Assembly: GCA_043767805.1 (NCBI GenBank)
Contig: JAYUGC010000193.1
Coordinates: forward strand, 1-45,778
DNA length: 45,778 bases
Direction of reading: 5' to 3'
Source of the DNA: Pseudomonadota bacterium
GTDB taxonomy: Bacteria > Bdellovibrionota > FAC87 > UBA2466
Position numbers and translations under genes: made by a program. How positions within the stretch are numbered: position 1 is the stretch's first letter; the number at the start of each line of letters is the position of its first letter. The notes below the pieces were generated by a model, which was not told the origin of the DNA, did not search any database, and worked only from the letters and a program-made list of their open reading frames with translations. Below are positions 25,384 to 34,295 of this stretch, piece after piece.

Positions 25384-27702
25384 TTACTTTTTTTCTGAGG
25401 CTTTGAGAGCGGCGAGGTCCTTTGCGAAGGCGTCGCGGAGCGTCGTCGCCGTGAGCTCGGGAAGCTGAGAAACGAGAGTCTTGTAGAGCTCGCCGGCGTC
25501 GTACCTATAGCCCACGATGCCGAGAAGCACGCCGAGTCTTAGGCGCTCTTTCTCGTTAGCCAGCAGGTAACTCGACAAGGCAGGAGCTAACTTGGGATTC
25601 TTGAGAGCCTCCTGCATCGCGTAGCTTTGAAAGCGGTCATCGCCCCACTCGTCCGCGTTTCCGTTCTCGGCCTTCTTCAACATGAGATCCAAGGCGCTAA
25701 TCATCAAGGAGATGTTTCCCGTGCCCTTGCCAACCCGGTGGGCTTCGAAAAGATACGGGCCTAACTCGGGGATCTTTCCTTCGGGAATCGACATCTTTCT
25801 CAAGACCGCCCACTCGGAAGGAGGAAGCGCGGAATCGGACAGTCTCCAGGCAATGGCGACCTGCCATTGATTGAGTCGGGTGTCTTCGTACGGTTTATCG
25901 TCCCAGCGGGTGATGGCGTGGGCCGCTCGCTCGGCGACGAACTTGTTGTAAAGATCGAGACTTTCCTTTTCGGTGGATACATCCGCGATGCTGGTGAGCA
26001 GGCCGAGGTCCAAGGCTCGTTTTCCCTTCCAGCCAGCCAAGGTCATTTGAAAGAGCTGAGCAAAGAGCGGAAAGTCGGGATCTTCGGAGGGCTTCACTTT
26101 CACGTCCCTCAAACCCAAGCCCCAAAGAAAGTTCGGCTCGTAGATGGTGTACCCAGCCCAGTCCTTCAGACTGTCGGCGATTTTTTGGCCCAGAGCTCGC
26201 CGAAACTCGATAGGAGCGCTAGAAGCGTAGTCGGCGCAGCCGTCTTGCAGATGGCCACCGACACCGTTGCAGAAAATTTCGAAGACTTGAGCTACTTGAG
26301 GCCTCGGCTCCATCCGGTTCAACAGCTTAGCTCCCGAAAGCTCGCGGAACTGGTCCGTCGTAATCTTCTTATCGCTCCAATCCTTCATAGCCATTTGAGA
26401 GAGGTCATAGGCTTGACGAGGCGTGAGAGGACCGCGCTCACCGGCGAGAAAGGCGCGATTCGCTTCCGACTCGGCTTTATTGCGATCGATCACCGGTCTA
26501 TTGACGTGAAAACCGGCGTCCCCGTAAAAGGAGAGCTCGGCCGTGGGAGAGTTTAGGAAAAGAGTGAGAAGCGCCATAATCGCTCGGCCAGACCCGTTGC
26601 TTAAAAAATAGTCCTTTCGGAGGGCTTGGTAGTACGAAGCATAAGCCTCGCACGACTCGGTCTCAGGCTTTACGACCGGCGATACATTTCTTTGAATCTT
26701 CAGCTCGGTCAAACCTAAACAAAGCTCGTCCGATCCACCGCTCTCGAGACATTCCTTGGCGCCTTGAAGCAAGGTTAGTCCGTGTAATGGATTGATCATG
26801 TCGACCGTATATGAAGAGCTCTTACGGAGAGCGGTCGTAGACAGAATGGTTCTGAGAGTCTCGAGCTTCAACGCCGGATAGATCGAGTAGAGCTTAGCCA
26901 GGTAGGCCGAGACCAGAGGCGCCGCAAAACTCGTCCCCAAAATGCGTTTCGCTCCCGTACCGAGCGTTTCCATATCGACGCCGGGAGCCCACATACGAAC
27001 GGCAGCGCCGTAGTTGGAGAACGACGCGGGAGAGTTGTAGTAATTGGTCGCGCCCACGAAGAAGACACCTGGGTCTTGCTTGAAAATTCTTTGGCCTTCG
27101 GTACCGGGACCGCTTATCAGGTTTTCATTGCCCGCCGAGAAAACGAAGATCTTGCCCGCTTCGCGGCCCTTACGGACGGCGTTGATCGTGCAATCGCTGG
27201 CGGGAAAAGAGAACGAGAGGTTGATGACGCGAACTTCGGTATCGGCAATGGCAAGCTCCAGCGCCGAGCAAAACTTATCCGAGCGGAACACCGGAGGAGT
27301 AATCATCTCACCATTGATGGAAACCGAGAACATCGGCCGCTCGCCCGGGACCGGAAAAACGCGGAGCTTCAACTTCGGGTCGAAACCGAAACGCTCGGAA
27401 GCGATTAAGCCGCTAACGGCGGTTCCATGGTTGCTGTACTCAATTTCAGGAGAGCTCGCGATGAGTGCCGCGCCCGCGTCCGCGTTGCCCGCGACTTTGA
27501 GTCCCGTATCCACTACCGCGACAGTCGCCGGAGTCTCGCTTTCGAAGCCGCCCAGAAGATCGGCGCCGATGGCAATTTTGGCCCAGTGCTTAGGAACGAA
27601 CGAGTTGACCGCGTCCCGCTCCATGAAGGAGCACTGGTTGATGTCGAAAGCCATCGCCGAGGCGTTGACGCCAATGAGAACGAGACACAAAACTAATTTC
27701 AT
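25384..27702 (-). CDS. secreted S8 subtilase with long uncharacterised C-terminal region
   Basis: Signal peptide; catalytic triad motifs VAVVDTG, HGTAVSG and GTSFAAP; oxyanion motif SAGN. Confidence 0.9.
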   Translation of the reverse strand: MKLVLCLVLIGVNASAMAFDINQCSFMERDAVNSFVPKHWAKIAIGADLLGGFESETPATVAVVDTGLKVAGNADAGAALIASSPEIEYSNHGTAVSGLIASERFGFDPKLKLRVFPVPGERPMFSVSINGEMITPPVFRSDKFCSALELAIADTEVRVINLSFSFPASDCTINAVRKGREAGKIFVFSAGNENLISGPGTEGQRIFKQDPGVFFVGATNYYNSPASFSNYGAAVRMWAPGVDMETLGTGAKRILGTSFAAPLVSAYLAKLYSIYPALKLETLRTILSTTALRKSSSYTVDMINPLHGLTLLQGAKECLESGGSDELCLGLTELKIQRNVSPVVKPETESCEAYASYYQALRKDYFLSNGSGRAIMALLTLFLNSPTAELSFYGDAGFHVNRPVIDRNKAESEANRAFLAGERGPLTPRQAYDLSQMAMKDWSDKKITTDQFRELSGAKLLNRMEPRPQVAQVFEIFCNGVGGHLQDGCADYASSAPIEFRRALGQKIADSLKDWAGYTIYEPNFLWGLGLRDVKVKPSEDPDFPLFAQLFQMTLAGWKGKRALDLGLLTSIADVSTEKESLDLYNKFVAERAAHAITRWDDKPYEDTRLNQWQVAIAWRLSDSALPPSEWAVLRKMSIPEGKIPELGPYLFEAHRVGKGTGNISLMISALDLMLKKAENGNADEWGDDRFQSYAMQEALKNPKLAPALSSYLLANEKERLRLGVLLGIVGYRYDAGELYKTLVSQLPELTATTLRDAFAKDLAALKASEKK

Positions 27703-27799
27703 GGACGTTTAGATAGAACAAACGCGAATGCCGGATCAACTTAAGTTGCGGACATAGCGATGCTAATTTTGGCTACGGGCGCAAGCTTTCGGCAAGAGA

Positions 27800-28453
27800 T
27801 CAGACTTTCGCTTTCTGAGCAATGGCTTGCACGGTGTGGGAAGTGCCGTCGGGGATCTCTTTGTAATAGAGAACGTTGAAATCCTTCAGCTGATGAAGGA
27901 GCTCGTTCGGGTGATAACACTCTTCGAAATCTATCATCGGATTGGTGGCGCCGTGCTTCTTAAAGTGCTCGACGAGATGAGCTTCGAGCGCGACCGTTCC
28001 TCCGAGTACCAATCCGCGACGAATCTCGCTAAAGAAGCGCTTCTGCGGCTTGAAGTACGTCATCACGATGGTGTCGTACTTCATTAGAGGCATCAGGAAG
28101 AAATCCAGGTTCTGAGCTTTCGCCTCGAGACTCACCTTCTTATCGGCGGCAAGCTTCTTGGCCTTCTCGACCGCGGCGGAAGAGCAATCGAGCCCTTCCA
28201 TCAAAAAACCGTGCTCGGCGAGAAAGACGGCGTTGCGCCCTTCTCCCATGGCGACGTCCAAGGCCTTACCCTTACGCAGGGTCTCGAAGTAGTTTTTCAC
28301 CACTAGGGTCGGCTCTTTGCCGAAAAGGTAGTCGTCCTTCGAGTACCTCTCGTTCCAGACGCTCGCGGCAGGTTTCTTATTGGGATCGGGCTCACGGTAC
28401 TGAAAATCGTCAAACATTCCCGCAAATACACCAAAGGTCCGCAGTGATTTCAA
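27800..28453 (-). CDS. class I SAM-dependent methyltransferase (TehB-like)
   Basis: WNERY...FGKEP, ALDVAMGEGRNAVFLA and YDTIV motifs. Confidence 0.88.
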   Translation of the reverse strand: MKSLRTFGVFAGMFDDFQYREPDPNKKPAASVWNERYSKDDYLFGKEPTLVVKNYFETLRKGKALDVAMGEGRNAVFLAEHGFLMEGLDCSSAAVEKAKKLAADKKVSLEAKAQNLDFFLMPLMKYDTIVMTYFKPQKRFFSEIRRGLVLGGTVALEAHLVEHFKKHGATNPMIDFEECYHPNELLHQLKDFNVLYYKEIPDGTSHTVQAIAQKAKV

Positions 28454-28459
28454 GGATCG

Positions 28460-28576
28460 TTAGGTTAGCGTGATGAGCAGAAGAACGATGAAGACGGAGA
28501 GCAAGGCCGTGAGGAAAATCCATCCGCCCCGTTCGACTTTAGGGGGAGAGGCCGTTTTGGTGAGCTGAGTCCGCAT
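28460..28576 (-). CDS. small single-TM peptide (38 aa)
   Basis: MRTQLTKTASPPKVERGGWIFLTALLSVFIVLLLITLT, immediately downstream of a sigma54-like site and just upstream of the methyltransferase. Confidence 0.5.
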   Translation of the reverse strand: MRTQLTKTASPPKVERGGWIFLTALLSVFIVLLLITLT

Positions 28577-28591
28577 TTGCCTAGTCCCCAA

Positions 28592-28607
28592 AGCAAAAGC
28601 GATGCCT
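28592..28607 (-). promoter_or_regulatory. probable sigma54 promoter
   Basis: Minus strand AGGCAT-CGCTT-TTGCT (GG-N10-GC spacing). Confidence 0.6.
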
Positions 28608-28769
28608 ATGGATTTACCCACAAAACCGCAATGAGAAAGGGTTCCAGATCGGCCCCTAGTCCCATTTTGGAACCGAGGGCCCTGGTGCCACGGAATCAAC
28701 TGCCTCTTGTGCAACGCGCCACAGATAGAGTAAAGTGGCGCTCTCGTTCGGTTTTAGGGGAGGTCGTTC

Positions 28770-29786
28770 TTGTTCCGCTTCCTGATGTCTTGTGCTTTAG
28801 CGATGACGCTGCTCTCGGCGTGCGGCCAAAACACGTCCCCGAAGACGGCGCCCGCGCCGGCCAATTTTCCTGGCCAAGAAAAGCCCAAGGGCGACGGCAA
28901 ACCCTTGTTCCCTAAAGACCCCGCCGAACGGTCCGCCCTTCTAGATGGTTTCCCGATCTTCAATACCTTCGGCGAAATGAAAGCCTATACCCACCCGGAT
29001 ATCGAAGGCTTTCCTCTCGGCGTGCTCCTCGGCCTGCTGGATTCGGGCGGCACTTTTTGCTCCGTCAGCCACCTCGATCTGGGCTATGTCGCCACCAATG
29101 CCCACTGCGTGAAACGGCAAGAGATTGGAAATTATTACGTCGTCTATTTCGACGCGTTGGGCATCAAACAGCATGCCCAAGTCGAGTCGATCGTCTTTCT
29201 TGGAAACGAGGACGTCGACGACATCGCGATTTTGAAGATTCCAAACGAGGCGGCTCTACAATGGCAGACGGCCGGCAAAGCGGCGAAAGCCGTGCCGAAA
29301 GCCGTCTCCACTCCCGAAAATCCGGTGCCCACTCCCATCGCCTTATCCATCCGTGTTTGGGCTTTCGATCCGTTAACGACCGGTGGCGGCGCCTTCCATC
29401 CGCGCAGCTGTGAGATGAGTGTGACCCGGCCTATCCTCATGGGGGCCAAAGTTCCTAATAACGGCCCGATTGAGCGCATTCCGATCCGGTCGAGCAAAAA
29501 GGCCGAAGACGGCGTGCATTTCTTCGTCGACCAGTGCGACCAAAATCCCATCCACGGCAATAGCGGTTCTCTCGTCACGATCGCCGAGCAGTTTGCGGAC
29601 AAAGTGGGCGTTTACCACTGGGGCGTCGGCACCAAGGACGGCAAGGATAAGTACGACTACATCGAGTACACCGGCTCGAATGGCCGCACGCGCTTTCTCC
29701 ACGAGGCCAAGGATTGGGAAGATATCTTCGGGATGGGCTACCTCTTCCAGCACTTCCAGGGCGCGCACCCGCAACTATTCTTCTAA
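28770..29786 (+). CDS. trypsin-like (S1) serine protease lipoprotein
   Basis: LLSA-C lipobox; ATNAHCV, DDIAILK and GNSGS triad motifs; GGGGAGG RBS. Confidence 0.88.
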   Translation: MFRFLMSCALAMTLLSACGQNTSPKTAPAPANFPGQEKPKGDGKPLFPKDPAERSALLDGFPIFNTFGEMKAYTHPDIEGFPLGVLLGLLDSGGTFCSVSHLDLGYVATNAHCVKRQEIGNYYVVYFDALGIKQHAQVESIVFLGNEDVDDIAILKIPNEAALQWQTAGKAAKAVPKAVSTPENPVPTPIALSIRVWAFDPLTTGGGAFHPRSCEMSVTRPILMGAKVPNNGPIERIPIRSSKKAEDGVHFFVDQCDQNPIHGNSGSLVTIAEQFADKVGVYHWGVGTKDGKDKYDYIEYTGSNGRTRFLHEAKDWEDIFGMGYLFQHFQGAHPQLFF

Positions 29787-30049
29787 CCGCTAGACGAGGA
29801 CGGGCTGAACCGGCGCCGCGAGCTCTTCCTCGGGGTGCTTGAACTTGTGCCGCTCTAGCTTCGTAAACAAGCTATAGACGCAAGGCACGACGTAAAGCGT
29901 GAGAAGCGTCGACACGAGAACGCCGCCGATGACCGCGACCGCCAGGGGGATGCGGCTCTCCGCTCCGGAACCGATGACGAGCGCCGGAGTAACGGCGCCC
30001 GCGACCGTCGCAATCGACGTCATCAAGATCGGGCGCAGGCGAATCAGGC
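29688..30049. repeat. direct repeat copy 1 (362 bp, diverged)
   Basis: Colinear with 31062-31423 at constant offset 1374. Confidence 0.92.
29790..30049 (-). pseudogene. 3' remnant of the RND transporter gene
   Basis: IRLRPILMTSIATVAG...HPEEELAAPVQPVLV, near-identical to the C-terminus of 31164-34295; no upstream part. Confidence 0.9.
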
Positions 30050-30192
30050 GGCATTAGCGGGCATTTTTCGGAAGCTGTCTTATTACCATAAATTTAGTTA
30101 AGGGCAATAAGTGCTCCGAAACACCGTCTGACGCGGCCGAGGACCTCTCTCTACGAAAGGTTAAGATCGTGACGCGGAATATAGTCACCGAA

Positions 30193-30921
30193 TCAATTAT
30201 TGGTACACCTCTCGTATTCCGTCCAGCACATATACAACGGACTCCTATTATCACTCATACTATATTTTTCGCATTCCCCCGGCCACCACCACAAGGACGG
30301 CCCGCCGCACATGATCTTCTCGCAACGTTCATACGCTGCTTGGCACGCAATATTTGGACGCCGCGGAGGTGGTTTAGGCGAGGCCGGAGTGTGGCGCTTA
30401 TAGAAAGAGCGCATCGCGTTTTCCGACTCATAAAGCTGATAAAACCGCTCTTCCGAGGAGGAGGTTACCTCATAAACTACGGTCGGCGCTTTCAGATTCT
30501 CGTAAAACGCCAGAAGCTCAGTAATTATCCGCTTAGTGTTCTCCATCGCGAATATATTCTGCCTGTTCAGCGCCGTCTGACTCTCCTCTAGGGCAATATC
30601 CCGCGCGATTTCTTGGAGACCCGCTTTACTCGCGGTTCGTCCGCCTGCGGAAGAAATGGCGCCCAAATATTCAAGGAACTCCTCTACGGGCGTCCCTCCC
30701 TTAAACCACTTCTCCTTATTACATTCCGCCGAATCGCATTTGAGAGACGCGGTGGGAGCGGAATAGTCGCAGATAAATTCCCGAACGACCTTCGCGTCCG
30801 CGCAGAAGATTTTCTTCGTTTGCGCCGAAGTATCCGTTAGAACAAGGGAGGCTTGGGCAACCGGAGGCCCGGCGAAGACGAAAAGGGAAAGCACTAATAA
30901 ACGAAATTGGTTTGGTTTCAT
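30193..30921 (-). CDS. secreted Cys-rich hypothetical protein
   Basis: Signal peptide ending VAQA; 4 Cys near the N-terminus and a 6-Cys C-terminal module after a Pro-rich linker. Confidence 0.75.
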   Translation of the reverse strand: MKPNQFRLLVLSLFVFAGPPVAQASLVLTDTSAQTKKIFCADAKVVREFICDYSAPTASLKCDSAECNKEKWFKGGTPVEEFLEYLGAISSAGGRTASKAGLQEIARDIALEESQTALNRQNIFAMENTKRIITELLAFYENLKAPTVVYEVTSSSEERFYQLYESENAMRSFYKRHTPASPKPPPRRPNIACQAAYERCEKIMCGGPSLWWWPGECEKYSMSDNRSPLYMCWTEYERCTNN

Positions 30922-30975
30922 CGGCGAACTATTAGCGGGATTGCGAGTGCCGTTTCCAGAGAGGTCCGCAACTTC

Positions 30976-30995
30976 TGGTTACCACTTGGTAACCA
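30976..30995. promoter_or_regulatory. operator-like palindrome
   Basis: TGGTTACCA-CT-TGGTAACCA perfect 9-bp inverted repeat ~55 nt upstream of the 30921 start. Confidence 0.45.
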
Positions 30996-31061
30996 CGGCG
31001 GCTTAAGGGCGTTACAAGGCGGACTCCGCCTCACTAACGGAACGGCTTGATGGACAAAGGT

Positions 31062-31160
31062 ACGCGCTTTCTACACGAGCCGAAAGATTGCGAAGATATC
31101 TTCGGCATGGGCTATCTCTTCCAACACTTTCAGTCAGCGCACCCTCAAGTGTGCTTCTAG
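31062..31160 (+). pseudogene. 3' remnant of the S1 protease gene
   Basis: TRFLHEPKDCEDIFGMGYLFQHFQSAHPQVCF-stop versus TRFLHEAKDWEDIFGMGYLFQHFQGAHPQLFF-stop in the intact gene. Confidence 0.88.
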
Positions 31161-31423
31161 GCTTTAGACCATCACTGGGCGGGGCGACGCTGCGAGCTCT
31201 TCCTCGGGGTGCTCAAACTTGTGCCGCTCTAGCTTCGTAAACAAGCTATAGACGCAAGGAACGACGTAAAGTGTAAGAAGCGTCGATACGAGAACGCCGC
31301 CGATGACCGCGACCGCCATGGGGATGCGGCTCTCCGCTCCCGGACCAATGGCAAGCGCCGGAGGCACGGCACCCGCGACGGTAGCAATCGACGTCATGAG
31401 AATCGGGCGCAAGCGAATCGGGC
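31062..31423. repeat. direct repeat copy 2 (362 bp, diverged)
   Basis: Colinear with 29688-30049. Confidence 0.92.
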
Positions 31424-34295
31424 AAGCTTCGAGAAGCGCTTTTTTGACGTCCGTTTGCCCCCGCTCCCTGACCTGATTCGTAAAATCGACGAGCAAAATG
31501 GAGTTCTTCTTCACGATACCCATGAGAAGGATCATTCCAATCATGCTGTACATGTTGAGCGACTGACCCGCGACGAGCAGACCGATGAAGGCGCCCGACA
31601 CGCTAAAGGGCAGCGCCATCAGGACCGTCACGGGATCGATGAAACTATTGAACTGGGAAGCGAGCACCATGTACGCGACGGCAAGACCCAGCACGAGCGC
31701 GAAGATGAGGCTCTGAAATGTCTTTTTGAAATCCTCGGCGCTACCCGTGAGCACCGTCGTATAGCCGGCGGGTAAAACGTCTTTGGCGATACGATTCACG
31801 GCATCCAGCGCGTTTTGCTGGGACTTGCCTTTGGTGATATTGCCGAACACGGTCACCGCTCTCTCGCGATTACGGCGCGCGACACTGAGAAGGCTCGGGG
31901 CTTCGTTAATCTTCACCACATCCGTCAGAGCGATGACTTCGCCGCGGTTATTTCGAACGGTGAGGCTTTTGATCTTGTCGATTTGATTGCCGCCTTCGTC
32001 CAAGAGCTTCAGGCGGATGTCATCCCGGTGCCCCGCCTTCGGGTACTTACCGACGATGACGCCGCCAATGAGAGAGTTGATGGTCTGCCCGATGGTCTGG
32101 ATGCTAACGCCGTGGCGCGCGGCTTTCACCCGATCGGGAACGACCCGAATCTCCGGCATGCCGACGAGGTAGTCCGAGTCTAGGTCAGTGACGAGCCCCG
32201 TTTTTCTGAGCTCCTCCATGATCTTCGTGGAGTACTCGCCGAGCTTACCCCACTCAGGTCCTTGGACCGTGAACTCGACGGGAAACCCCCGAGACGCCGT
32301 GAAACCCCGCATGGAAAGATCCTGCATATTGGCTTTCACATCGGGAATCTTATTGAACTCCGTGCGGCAGACCGCCATGAGATCTTGCTGGCTATTTTCC
32401 TTGTGAGTGACCGGGTCCAGCCCACGCTTGCCCTTGGGATGCATGGTAACGAACACGATCCCCGTATTGACGTCGCCACCGCCGAAGCCGCCCACCGAGA
32501 CGAAATAGCGCGCCACTTCGGAACGCTTCGATAAGTACGCCTCGACGAGCTTGAATTTCGAGTCAGTGAAATCGATGGCGGAGCCAATGGGCGTCTGCAG
32601 CCGAACGAGGAAGCGGCTTTGATCTTCGGCCGGCACGAACTCCTTGTTGAGCAGAGTCACACAGTAAAGGCTCGCTCCGAAGAAAACCAAGGAAGCGAAT
32701 ATCGTGCCCCAACGCCAGCGCAGCGCCGTCTCGAGCGTGCGGCGGTAGCTCCCGGTGGTCAGAGTCAAAGTTCTTTCGATGGCGCGCCCGATACGAGTCG
32801 TTCGCTCCCCTACGGTCAAGAAACGGGAGCAACGCATCGGCGTCAGGGTGAGCGCTTCGAGGAGCGAGAGCAGCACCGCCACCGTCATGGTGACACCGAA
32901 CTGGAAGAAGAACTTGCCGATGATGCCTTCCATGAAGGCCACCGGAAGAAAGATGGCGATGATGGAAACGGTCGCGGCCATGGCGGCGAAGGCAATTTCC
33001 TTGGAGCCCATGAGCGCCGCTTTCAGACGGCTCTCCCCGTGCTCCCGGTGCCGGATGATGTTTTCGAGCACCATGATCGAGTCATCGACGACGATGCCGA
33101 TCGCAAGCGAAAGGCCCAAAAGCGTGAAAGTATTCAGGGTGAAGCCCGCCGCGGCGAGTACGATGTACGAGCCTACGATGGACGTGGGAATGGAGAGAAG
33201 TACGTTAAAGGTCGAAGACCAGGAGCCCAGAAAGAACCAGCACACGAGCGCCGTGAAGAGTGCCGAGAGAAGCAAAGTGAAATTGAGCTCGCCGACGGAA
33301 TCCTCGATGAATTTCGTACTGTCGAAGTTGATGCCCAGATGCATACCTGCGGGAAGCGACTTTTCGAGCACCGCGATCTTACGGCGCACTTCTTTAGCGA
33401 CGCCGACCGCGTTCGAACCGCGCTGTTTGCGGATACCGAGACCGACGGCGGGCTTGCCCATCCCGCGGCTGATGCGGCGGATGTCGGCGAGCCCCTCTTC
33501 CACCTTCGCGACTTTGGTCAAGGGAATGGGAGTGAAGTTCGGCGTGCCGCCGCGGGTGTTAATGGAGATCTCGGAAAATTCTTCGACCGAGTGAGCCTCA
33601 CCCATGGTGCGGACGTTGTACTCACGGCCTTCGTTGTCGATCCAGCCCGCGGGCGGTTCCGCATGCTCGTTCTGAATGGCGGCTACCACGTCCGAAACGG
33701 TGAGCTGATATTGCTTCAGTCCCTTCGCGGAGACCCAGACTCGCAAGTTCGGCTCGACGTAGCCGCCTAAATTGATGTCTCCGACATCCGGAGTCGTAGC
33801 GAACTGCTGCTGAAGGTGATCGCGCGTGTAGGTGATTAGATCCTTGAGAGGAGCCGTCTCGCTCTCGAGCGTCAGCCACAGGATCGGCTGATCTTCCGGA
33901 TTGGTTTTCGTAATGACCGCGGGATCCATGTCCTTGGGAAGCTTACGAGCGGCCTCGGCGATTTTTGCTTGGACGTCTTGGAGCGCCAGATCGATGCTGC
34001 GGCTTAAATTGAGCTGAATGGTGACGTTGGCCGTTCCGTTTTTAGAGGAAGACGTCACGAGCCGCACGCCTTGAATCGACGACACCGCGTTCTCGACGAT
34101 GTCGACTACGTCGGTCTCCATGACTTCCGGCGCGGCGCCGAGAAGGCTTAAAGATACCGAGATGACCGGAAAATCCACGTCCGGCAGCTGACTCACGCCC
34201 ATGCGCATGAAGGAGATGCCGCCGAAGATGATGAGCCCCGCCATGAGCATCCAGGCGAAGACCGGGCGCCGGATCGAAAGTTCAGAGAGATTCAC
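31164..34295 (-). CDS. RND efflux permease (AcrB/AcrD/AcrF family)
   Basis: 1043 aa; SIRRPVFA, LPDVDFP, AIGIVVDDSIMVLEN, GIVKKNSILLVDF and RLRPILMTS proton-relay motifs. Confidence 0.96.
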   Translation of the reverse strand: MNLSELSIRRPVFAWMLMAGLIIFGGISFMRMGVSQLPDVDFPVISVSLSLLGAAPEVMETDVVDIVENAVSSIQGVRLVTSSSKNGTANVTIQLNLSRSIDLALQDVQAKIAEAARKLPKDMDPAVITKTNPEDQPILWLTLESETAPLKDLITYTRDHLQQQFATTPDVGDINLGGYVEPNLRVWVSAKGLKQYQLTVSDVVAAIQNEHAEPPAGWIDNEGREYNVRTMGEAHSVEEFSEISINTRGGTPNFTPIPLTKVAKVEEGLADIRRISRGMGKPAVGLGIRKQRGSNAVGVAKEVRRKIAVLEKSLPAGMHLGINFDSTKFIEDSVGELNFTLLLSALFTALVCWFFLGSWSSTFNVLLSIPTSIVGSYIVLAAAGFTLNTFTLLGLSLAIGIVVDDSIMVLENIIRHREHGESRLKAALMGSKEIAFAAMAATVSIIAIFLPVAFMEGIIGKFFFQFGVTMTVAVLLSLLEALTLTPMRCSRFLTVGERTTRIGRAIERTLTLTTGSYRRTLETALRWRWGTIFASLVFFGASLYCVTLLNKEFVPAEDQSRFLVRLQTPIGSAIDFTDSKFKLVEAYLSKRSEVARYFVSVGGFGGGDVNTGIVFVTMHPKGKRGLDPVTHKENSQQDLMAVCRTEFNKIPDVKANMQDLSMRGFTASRGFPVEFTVQGPEWGKLGEYSTKIMEELRKTGLVTDLDSDYLVGMPEIRVVPDRVKAARHGVSIQTIGQTINSLIGGVIVGKYPKAGHRDDIRLKLLDEGGNQIDKIKSLTVRNNRGEVIALTDVVKINEAPSLLSVARRNRERAVTVFGNITKGKSQQNALDAVNRIAKDVLPAGYTTVLTGSAEDFKKTFQSLIFALVLGLAVAYMVLASQFNSFIDPVTVLMALPFSVSGAFIGLLVAGQSLNMYSMIGMILLMGIVKKNSILLVDFTNQVRERGQTDVKKALLEACPIRLRPILMTSIATVAGAVPPALAIGPGAESRIPMAVAVIGGVLVSTLLTLYVVPCVYSLFTKLERHKFEHPEEELAASPRPVMV

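Noticed and set aside
29688..31423. Diversity-generating retroelement template/variable repeat pair
   Set aside because: Differences are not adenine-specific on either strand, are often synonymous, and no reverse transcriptase is present
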